Under the pieces are notes generated by a model that did no database searches, had not been told where the DNA came from, and worked only from the letters and a program-made list of their open reading frames with translations. Shown here in pieces: positions 40,283-48,038 of a DNA stretch of 64,000 nt; positions within the stretch are counted from its first letter, which is position 1, and every line of letters starts with the position of its first letter. The stretch is from a virus. The translations under genes were made by a program, and so were the position numbers. The stretch lies in IMG/VR virus record IMGVR_UViG_3300021256_000005; one strand, 5' to 3'.

Positions 40283-42055
40283 CTATCTATATCGAGTTAC
40301 CCGTTTCGGCATCCTCATATGAATCAACATTTGTGCTTCTTGTTCTTGCGTCTGCTTACGTATTTTCTTTTTTAATCTAATTTGTTGTGCGACATATAGG
40401 TTGTATTGCAAAGAAGAGTAGCGGTCTTTTCGCATACCATTCTTCTCTGTAATTCTAATCTTTTCTCCAACAACCTCATACTCCAAATTTATAAGTTCGT
40501 TAATAAGAGCAGATGTCTGCACATATGGATAAAGACATTTCGCCTTTTGAGCGGGATTCAATTTAGAATATCCCTTTTGATTATTAAAATATTCCTTCGA
40601 TTGTAACTCTGTAATTGGTAATGTTAGCTTTTTATTTTGTATTTGCGCCCTCAGAGCAGTAGCAGTATCACTATTAAACGTAGCATTTGCCTTAATAGAC
40701 CAAAATGCTTTATTAGCATTTGGCTCTTTACAACGTTCAGCCATAGATTCATCGTTAATACATTTTAATGCCTGATATTCAACGCCTAACTCTGGATCAA
40801 AACGATTAACAGCAATATAATCAGCCACGCCTAATCCAACACCATTCGTATCCATCACCAAATCCGTACAATTGAACCGATAGAATGTACGCATAATAAT
40901 CAAACCTAATTCATCTGTAGTCAGTCCTTCATATGTATCAATCGAAACAATATGATTCATATAATCATAATCTGACACTGGAAGATTACGGTTAATAATC
41001 AGCGCAGATGCATCGTTATCGTGTTTTTTCGAGTTCATCAACGCAATATCGACAGATAAAATACGCCGTTCGTTAAATACTAATTTTGGTAACTTAAAGT
41101 GCATAGTAGAATAATCATAAGCTTCTAGCGGATAGATAATAGAATCTCGTTCAGTCCGTAACGGTTCAATATCAGAAAACTTAAAGAATGAACCATCCGT
41201 ATCGCTGTACCATAATGAACCCATTTCAATATCAAATGACATCTGATCGAAATCATCTTCGGACATTTCATCTTCAATCTGCTCACGCATCAGTAATCCT
41301 TCTTTAATAGAAAGCTGATATGGCAATGCACAGACAAAATATCTCTTTGTATGATCCAACATATTCTTCACAAAAGAAACAAATCTTTTATAAGACCAAT
41401 GGCTTTTATACCATGCACTAGTCGCATACATTTCCATATTACGTTCTTGTAAATGAACGTATTCTGGTTTATCTAAATATAACGGATGACGAGGATCTGT
41501 TAAGAATTTCTTCAATACATTATCTATGATCTTTTTCGCAACCATACGGTATTCATCGACAATCACGATATTGGCACGATTATGTCTGGCATTATCATCA
41601 GAAGTAACAACTTTAATAGTTGAACCATTTCTCCATTTACAAATTGGTTTATTTACACCAGTGTGTAATTCTTCAATTTCATTACGAATATTGGCAGAAC
41701 CCCACGTGTAGTTTTTACAAAATTCTTCATCAATCTTTGTTAAGATTTCCAATGCTTGACCTTTTGTACCAGAAGCAATAACAATCTTCGTGCCTGGATA
41801 TAAAATGCATCTACAAATACAGAATAGTGCAAGTAGCCACGATTTACCCTGACCACGTGCCGCCACGTATATCACATGAGTCGAATGCATCATTTCATAT
41901 AAATTTATTTTCTGAAATGTCTTTAACCCAGTGATATTGCAATAATCAACACAAAAACGTTGTGGATTCTCACGGTAAAAAGTACCACGTTCTGCCACAA
42001 CATACATCATTTGTTCTACTTTGTCTTGAAATACTTGTTTCGTTGTTTTCGACAA
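40283..42055 (-). CDS. Terminase large subunit (590 aa)
   Basis: Walker A-like VAARGQGKSW and Walker B IVIVDEY are present. The C-terminal nuclease-like half has conserved Asp residues (VDIALM ... MDTNGVG). Confidence 0.85.
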   Translation of the reverse strand: MSKTTKQVFQDKVEQMMYVVAERGTFYRENPQRFCVDYCNITGLKTFQKINLYEMMHSTHVIYVAARGQGKSWLLALFCICRCILYPGTKIVIASGTKGQALEILTKIDEEFCKNYTWGSANIRNEIEELHTGVNKPICKWRNGSTIKVVTSDDNARHNRANIVIVDEYRMVAKKIIDNVLKKFLTDPRHPLYLDKPEYVHLQERNMEMYATSAWYKSHWSYKRFVSFVKNMLDHTKRYFVCALPYQLSIKEGLLMREQIEDEMSEDDFDQMSFDIEMGSLWYSDTDGSFFKFSDIEPLRTERDSIIYPLEAYDYSTMHFKLPKLVFNERRILSVDIALMNSKKHDNDASALIINRNLPVSDYDYMNHIVSIDTYEGLTTDELGLIIMRTFYRFNCTDLVMDTNGVGLGVADYIAVNRFDPELGVEYQALKCINDESMAERCKEPNANKAFWSIKANATFNSDTATALRAQIQNKKLTLPITELQSKEYFNNQKGYSKLNPAQKAKCLYPYVQTSALINELINLEYEVVGEKIRITEKNGMRKDRYSSLQYNLYVAQQIRLKKKIRKQTQEQEAQMLIHMRMPKRVTRYR

Positions 42056-42067
42056 TTTATCACCGCC

Positions 42068-43105
42068 TTATTCCTCAAGGTCATGACCAAAGATATTGTC
42101 AAAAGCAATTTCTGTATCTGATTCACCTTCATATTCTGGTTTTTTCACGGTATACTTTTCTATAAACCGTCTGTACAAGTGAGAGAGTGGATTTTTAATT
42201 TTCAAATTCTCACACATGTGACCACGATAGAACACATCAATATACTGTCCAATACGATCTACATCCTTTAGTTCTGGGTCAATATCTGGACATGGACGTT
42301 CGGTTTCCCATTTTTGAATCAGAGTACCAAAGGTTTGCGCTTCTGAAAAAGCATCCAACACGTTTTGTTTTGGCGTTAAATTTCCAGAGTTCATTAACTC
42401 CTGTAAAGTTTTATATAAGTCTTTAGTCGGCAAATCATCTTGATTAGCCTTGCGGATTTTTAACTGTGTTTCAGCAATACTCTGTAACACAATTTCCATA
42501 GACTTAGTATTACACTCATAGCGGGTACTCCAATCTTTATACTGCTCATATAAAAACTTATAATCTTCTGTAGAGTATCCACGCCCGAAACGTGCTATGG
42601 TGTCTTTTAACTGCTCCTTCGTAAGTCCATACTCACTTAAATTCTGCGTTGTATCACTCGATTGCTCAAAACTCATAGTACGATAATTTGCATTTCTTTG
42701 TAATATACCTAAATACTGCTCATTAACATACATAACTTTTGTTGGGTCTGAATTGTTTTTAACCATCTCTTGCGCTGATTCATAAATAGAATCAATAAAC
42801 GGCAAATCTATTAGTTTTAATCCTTTTTTTAACGTATCAATATTTTCATACTTGATACCAGTTCCAGTATCGGTTGGGATTATAACTTGTTTGACGCATT
42901 GTTTACAAATAGGCAAAACATTTGATCCCCATTTCTCGCTTTTATAAAAATCAGATTTAGGTTTAAATTCAGCACAGCAATGACAATAAGCTCCATTTTT
43001 CATAGACTCATAAGCTTTACTCAAAGTCTTGTACATCTGTTTTACTTCATTTGGGGTTTTGCCTTTTAGAACGTCAACATCATCAAATGCAGTAATTTTT
43101 TTCAT
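42068..43105 (-). CDS. Packaging-module protein with a zinc finger; small-terminase candidate by position only (345 aa)
   Basis: It lies immediately upstream of TerL. It contains CHCCAEF ... CKQC. Confidence 0.35.
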   Translation of the reverse strand: MKKITAFDDVDVLKGKTPNEVKQMYKTLSKAYESMKNGAYCHCCAEFKPKSDFYKSEKWGSNVLPICKQCVKQVIIPTDTGTGIKYENIDTLKKGLKLIDLPFIDSIYESAQEMVKNNSDPTKVMYVNEQYLGILQRNANYRTMSFEQSSDTTQNLSEYGLTKEQLKDTIARFGRGYSTEDYKFLYEQYKDWSTRYECNTKSMEIVLQSIAETQLKIRKANQDDLPTKDLYKTLQELMNSGNLTPKQNVLDAFSEAQTFGTLIQKWETERPCPDIDPELKDVDRIGQYIDVFYRGHMCENLKIKNPLSHLYRRFIEKYTVKKPEYEGESDTEIAFDNIFGHDLEE

Positions 43106-43683
43106 CCTATTTCTCCTTTTGACATATTAAAACAACTATTGAGTGATATTTCTATCTGCCAATATATATCTTCATACATATTCAGACACGTAGCATATAA
43201 CAGCCGAGCAGTCGGGAGCGACCCAACTGCTTTGTTATACCTATAAAACTACGGATAGACTGCTTACTATCACCTTTTACACACCTTTCGGCACAAATAT
43301 CGTTTTGTTTTAGAATGTACTTGTATAAAAAGCCTTGTGCTACTCAGACCAAACTCCAACGTTATACACGCATTTCTGCGCTTCACGGCTCTACAGATTA
43401 TTGATATTCCGCAGGTTTGATACAGTCATCGGCTAAACCCTAACTACGGTTATTGTACACAGTACCGTCTATTGCTCTGTCCGTCTCGTTTGTTCCTTTG
43501 TATGCGACACATATTGACACATATTCTTGATGTTGAGATTCTGTCTCTCCTTGCACAATATCACTATTATGCAACAGCAATAAACACAAGGTATACCTCA
43601 TGCGCTTACTGATCTTCCGAACATTCTCAGCACCGTTGGTTTCACGGCTCTGCACTGAGTTACTCAATAGCTGTTTTAATGTT
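43106..43683 (-). other. About 580-nt ORF-poor, helix-rich non-coding block upstream of the packaging genes (candidate ncRNA, leader or pac region)
   Basis: The block lies between a strong terminator at 43684-43719 and the 42068..43105 gene. An 11-nt direct repeat ttcacggctct occurs at 43382-43392 and 43641-43651, and multiple hairpins are present. Confidence 0.4.
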
Positions 43684-43719
43684 TCAAAAAAATAGTGGGT
43701 ATTTTTCGTACCCACTATT
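43684..43719 (-). terminator. Rho-independent terminator
   Basis: An 11-bp stem pairs aatagtgggta with tacccactatt and is followed on the minus strand by T7. It overlaps the stop of the 43715..44872 gene. Confidence 0.8.
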
Positions 43720-44872
43720 TAATACCACCTAATTCAAAAGTGTATTCAATTGCTTTTCCTTGTTCATTAAAAATAAATAAATTTGATTTTGGTGTAGAAG
43801 ATAACACCTGTGACGTAGCATATGGATCAATGCCAATCACGCTACCTACAGATAACACATTGCACCGAGTGCCAACTTCTTTTGACTGGCTATGATGAAT
43901 GTGTCCAGAAATTAAGTAGTTAATATCTGTATGATACAGCCTAGTAAATTCATGAATTGCGGTAGAAAGATTTTTTACTTCACCATGAATCCCTAAAATA
44001 TTAAATCCACAAATGGTTTCAAAATTCATTCCAGTTGGATTTTCAGCAATTGTTATGTGATTATTATTCCGTAATCTTATTTTTAAAAACTCACGAATCA
44101 CGTAACTCATGTTTTCATCTGGGAAAGAATTTTTCGGCTGTCCAAGTAAACGTAATTGATTATGGTTAGAATCACTCACCATCTGAAATTTTACATCTAC
44201 ATACTGACTAATATCGTTTAGCCATTCTGCAATATATTCAGCATAACGAATGGCTGATTCGATCACACCATACTGCAATTGTTTCAGCTGAGAACTAAGC
44301 CTAAGCATACCTTGTACACTATCGCCTAATTCCCAAATAGAAATAGAAGATAAGTTTTCACGTTTAATAGCATCTAATAAACACTGTTTCATATATTCCA
44401 TACGGCTTACGAATACATGACTATTGTACTTATTAACAACATTACCTGCTAAATCTTTAATACAAAACTCAATTCCGAAATGACAATCAGAAAAGACAAA
44501 TAGTCCCGCTCTGTTATTATCGGTTTCTTTAACAGGCAGTCCGACTGACCGATAATCCATATCTGGAAGTGCCTTAATAGCGTCAACTATCTTTTCTGTA
44601 ATTAATTCATCACGTGCTTTCTCACGCAGTAAACGGTTGTATTCAATTTTTTCAGTTTGAATCTTTTTTCTTTCTTTAAGCAATTCATAATATTCCGCAC
44701 TAGCGGTTAAACTAGCATATTGCTTACGATATTTACTTTCCGTATATTTCACATGCAGTATATCATTTAATACATTCGCCACATCTTCCCACGTACCAAT
44801 AGTATCTTTTAACGAACAAATTCTTTTAATTACATCTTCATCAGATTCATTTGGTAAACGCTCAAACTGCAT
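43715..44872 (-). CDS. Calcineurin-like metallophosphoesterase (385 aa)
   Basis: The ordered motifs are SDCHFG (DxH), LGDSVQG (GD), SDSNHNQ (GNH-like), GIHGE and SGHIHH (GHxH). Confidence 0.75.
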   Translation of the reverse strand: MQFERLPNESDEDVIKRICSLKDTIGTWEDVANVLNDILHVKYTESKYRKQYASLTASAEYYELLKERKKIQTEKIEYNRLLREKARDELITEKIVDAIKALPDMDYRSVGLPVKETDNNRAGLFVFSDCHFGIEFCIKDLAGNVVNKYNSHVFVSRMEYMKQCLLDAIKRENLSSISIWELGDSVQGMLRLSSQLKQLQYGVIESAIRYAEYIAEWLNDISQYVDVKFQMVSDSNHNQLRLLGQPKNSFPDENMSYVIREFLKIRLRNNNHITIAENPTGMNFETICGFNILGIHGEVKNLSTAIHEFTRLYHTDINYLISGHIHHSQSKEVGTRCNVLSVGSVIGIDPYATSQVLSSTPKSNLFIFNEQGKAIEYTFELGGIK

Positions 44873-45054
44873 TACACTAGTTCCTCATCTTTGGTTGTAA
44901 CAAGAATAGAAACCTCTGTGCCATCAGTGAAATATTGATTTATTACATCCATCAGATCAATCAGTTCATCATCCTCTGACACCAATTCATTGTTTGTTAC
45001 ACACGCATTATTTATTTTTAATTTAGTTGTCGTTGTCCTTTTTACTTCAATCAT
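44872..45054 (-). CDS. Small acidic hypothetical protein (60 aa)
   Basis: ORF in the operon with overlapping start and stop codons at both ends. Confidence 0.45.
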   Translation of the reverse strand: MIEVKRTTTTKLKINNACVTNNELVSEDDELIDLMDVINQYFTDGTEVSILVTTKDEELV

Positions 45055-45448
45055 TTTTTACATCCATTTCTGCAACAAAACGCTGTTTTGGTGAATACTC
45101 ATTAAACTTGCACGGTATTAACACACCACCTGAAGTAACCTTCCTAAGTTCTTCAAATGATTCATAAGTACAGAATACTATATCATTTTCGAGAAACAAA
45201 TATTCTCCATTCTTTGCTCTTGCGGGTTCAATCCATAATTCATCGTTGCAAATTGTCACATAATATCCACCTCCATAATCATAATAGTCCACTTTTAATA
45301 ATTTAATATCAAGTTTTCTATTAAAATTACGGATTAAATAAATAACACAATCAACAATATCTTTATCTGGACACACGAAACTTACATTATAATCACTACT
45401 CAGTTCAATAATGTTGTCGTATAAATTCTCATGATCTTTAAAAATCAT
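45047..45448 (-). CDS. Hypothetical protein (133 aa)
   Basis: The ORF overlaps the cysteine desulfurase stop by 4 nt. Confidence 0.55.
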   Translation of the reverse strand: MIFKDHENLYDNIIELSSDYNVSFVCPDKDIVDCVIYLIRNFNRKLDIKLLKVDYYDYGGGYYVTICNDELWIEPARAKNGEYLFLENDIVFCTYESFEELRKVTSGGVLIPCKFNEYSPKQRFVAEMDVKND

Positions 45449-46560
45449 AACCTTTTCTCCGTTAAATCACGAAGAAATCCTGTGATTTGAATTAACTTAT
45501 CAATCACATAATCAATTTCTTCTTTTGTATTAGTATAATAAAAACTAAATCTTACACAGGTATAAATTTCTGGCTCTTTCATACCTATAGCTTCTAACAC
45601 GTAAGATTTCTCAAGTACATTAGAATTACAAGCAGAACCAGTCGATGCGCAAATTCCAATATTATCTAGCATAGAAACGATTGTATTTCCATCACAACCA
45701 TCAAATTGTACGTTTACAATGTGCGGAGACACGTTCTCATTTAACACTACATGGGCGTAAGGTATTCTGCTGACACAATCAACAAAATAATCATGCAAGT
45801 CACGCATATAATGTCTAGGTTGACATACAATATCTTTTAATGCTACAGATAATCCAACGATTGCCGCTGTATTCTCTGTACCACCAACTAACCCTTTTTC
45901 TTGATGACCATGAATAATCGTGCGAAGCGGAATAGAAGAGTACAATACAGCCGCACCACGAATACCGCCTATTTTATGCGCACCAAACGTGAATATATCA
46001 ACATGTAAGTGTCGAATGTTTACAATTTCATATCCAATTGCTTGCGTAGCATCACACATAAGTACATGATTATACCGATGCGCTATATCCGCAAGTTTAC
46101 AAATTGGCTGAATACACCCAGTTTCATTATTAACATATTGCACAATCACCAAAGAATTAGCAGGAGCGTGCTGACAAAATTCCTGATATGAAGACATATT
46201 TATCAATCCATTACTATCGACTGGTAAAATGTAAGAATTATAAGACTGTACACATTCGATAATATCAACGTGTTCTACTGCCGAACATAAAATATGCACA
46301 GAAGGATGAGATTTCATATAGCCTTGAATTGCTATATTATTTGCAGTAGTAACTGAGTTAGTAAAATAGACGTTTTCTACTTCACCGCGTAGAATATCAG
46401 CAATATCAGCACGTGCCTTTTCAATCGCTTCACGTGATTGTTTTCCTAACGAATGAGTTGAATTTGGGTTTCCGTATATTGTTGTCAGATAAGGCGTAAT
46501 TGCGTCTAACACGTGTTTTGAAGGCCGTGTTGTAGCCGCCTGATCGAAATTCACTCTCAT
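45445..46560 (-). CDS. Cysteine desulfurase (class V aminotransferase, NifS/IscS-like)
   Basis: A PLP-lysine context (FGAHKIGGIRGAAVLY) and a catalytic Cys loop (ASTGSACNS) are present. The N terminus has GNPNSTHSLG. Confidence 0.85.
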   Translation of the reverse strand: MRVNFDQAATTRPSKHVLDAITPYLTTIYGNPNSTHSLGKQSREAIEKARADIADILRGEVENVYFTNSVTTANNIAIQGYMKSHPSVHILCSAVEHVDIIECVQSYNSYILPVDSNGLINMSSYQEFCQHAPANSLVIVQYVNNETGCIQPICKLADIAHRYNHVLMCDATQAIGYEIVNIRHLHVDIFTFGAHKIGGIRGAAVLYSSIPLRTIIHGHQEKGLVGGTENTAAIVGLSVALKDIVCQPRHYMRDLHDYFVDCVSRIPYAHVVLNENVSPHIVNVQFDGCDGNTIVSMLDNIGICASTGSACNSNVLEKSYVLEAIGMKEPEIYTCVRFSFYYTNTKEEIDYVIDKLIQITGFLRDLTEKRL

Positions 46561-46681
46561 TTTATACCTCTATACAAATAGTACCTTATAAAGCAAAAAG
46601 ACCTTGAAGCTAAAAATTTTCAATGTCTTTTGCGCCCGCTCAGCAGGCATTCGCTAATTAAAACTATGGTGCCATATTATA

Positions 46682-46714
46682 ACAAAAAGGAGAACCAGAC
46701 GCATCCGATTCTCC
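46682..46714 (-). terminator. Probable intrinsic terminator after the HU-like gene
   Basis: A ggagaa/ttctcc stem is followed on the minus strand by TTTTTGT. An extended -10 (TGTTATAAT, minus strand) follows and could drive the desulfurase operon. Confidence 0.5.
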
Positions 46715-46810
46715 TAAGTGCGCTCCACTTGAAGAGACGCACCGCAATTCACACTGTTAGTATAATACGGACTCTATATCATTACATCTAGCATGTACTA
46801 CTTGTTTTAC

Positions 46811-47098
46811 TTATGCTTCAATACGAATATCTCTAAGCGGCTTTGTCATTTTTACTTTCACACCAATGTGAGCAGAATCTGACCACGGTCGCCCATTACA
46901 CATACCAGTGCGGTCTGGATATTCCTTCATTTTATACTGCACGCCAAATAAAGACATTTCTTCTTTGGATTTTAAGTTATTGTAAATTGTAGTAAACATT
47001 GCCTGATAAATGTCGTTCAGTTCATGTAACGAATATTTTGTACCACACTCATTCACAACTAACTCCTGTACGGCTCTAATGAAATTTTCCTTTGTCAT
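46811..47098 (-). CDS. HU/IHF-family DNA-binding protein (95 aa)
   Basis: An HU-like layout: an N-terminal helix pair (KENFIRAVQELV ... IYQAMFTTIYNNLK), then a beta-arm region (SLFGVQYKMKEYPDRTGMCNGRPW ... IGVKVKMTKPLRD). Confidence 0.7.
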   Translation of the reverse strand: MTKENFIRAVQELVVNECGTKYSLHELNDIYQAMFTTIYNNLKSKEEMSLFGVQYKMKEYPDRTGMCNGRPWSDSAHIGVKVKMTKPLRDIRIEA

Positions 47099-47228
47099 AA
47101 CTTTTTCTCCTTTGATTCGTATAAGACATTGGTATAAGTATATTCACACCATGTCTTAAATTGTTGTTTTTGTTACTTCTCTTCTCAATATATAGTTTTT
47201 GACATAATCCTCTATAATTGCGCTATTA

Positions 47229-48038
47229 TCAGCTCTCAGAGGAACTTAAAAGAACTTTTTTACACGTTTGCGAACAAAATTGTTTGTTTTTGTATGCTTC
47301 AAATAAGTGATGGCACACAGGACACTCTTTCAAATTCTTCACTAGTTTATAATGCGCATAATATTGTTTTCCCAAGTTATTAAAGTTCTCAACCCAAAAT
47401 GCAACTGGTTTAGTTGTGTCAAGGTTCAAAATATTTACTTTGAACATATCAAGTTTGTCCACATGCAAGGTTTGTTTCGTCCCACGGTCAACAGTGCGAA
47501 TATCATAATTTAACATTCCTTTACCAATCAAATCATTTAAACACTTGAAATACTTGTCAGTGTTAAAGTTGGTTACATCCGCCAACTGTTTCAGATCAAC
47601 CGCTAAAATATGAAACCAATACCAATATTTCTCACTGGACAAATAATCGTCCACATGATACTTTTCCATGTGGCAGGTATCAATCCACTTTTTATGTACC
47701 AATAAAGCGAACAAGACTTTTTCATACTCCCAATTTTTCACTGACCGTATATTTTCCAGTTCGCATTCATAAACAGGCACTTTCACGTTATAGTCTTTAA
47801 TGCGAGTAGCAGAAGCAATGAAGCGGTTATAAATCTCAGTTTTATCCTTTACGTCTAAATAACATAATACACCATCACTTAATTCATCAAATTTATATCT
47901 GATTTCTCCCTTCGTGTAATTATTGTTCAACATATAAACAGCAACAGCGGTTAACTCTTGTCTGCTAAACTGTTTTGTTTTTAATTTACCAATCTTAAAA
48001 ATATATTCGCCGTATGTATAATAATTATGAATAATCAA
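47229..48038 (-). CDS. Hypothetical protein with a C-terminal zinc ribbon (269 aa)
   Basis: CPVCHH ... CSQTC at the C terminus. The gene overlaps the RNAP gene end by 4 nt. Confidence 0.6.
   Translation of the reverse strand: MIIHNYYTYGEYIFKIGKLKTKQFSRQELTAVAVYMLNNNYTKGEIRYKFDELSDGVLCYLDVKDKTEIYNRFIASATRIKDYNVKVPVYECELENIRSVKNWEYEKVLFALLVHKKWIDTCHMEKYHVDDYLSSEKYWYWFHILAVDLKQLADVTNFNTDKYFKCLNDLIGKGMLNYDIRTVDRGTKQTLHVDKLDMFKVNILNLDTTKPVAFWVENFNNLGKQYYAHYKLVKNLKECPVCHHLFEAYKNKQFCSQTCKKVLLSSSES

Noticed and set aside
43440-43715. 91-aa minus-strand track ORF within the non-coding block upstream of the packaging genes.
   Set aside because: Its start codon lies inside the terminator hairpin of the preceding operon. 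It has no Shine-Dalgarno sequence, and its composition is unlike neighbouring genes. I treat it as non-coding.
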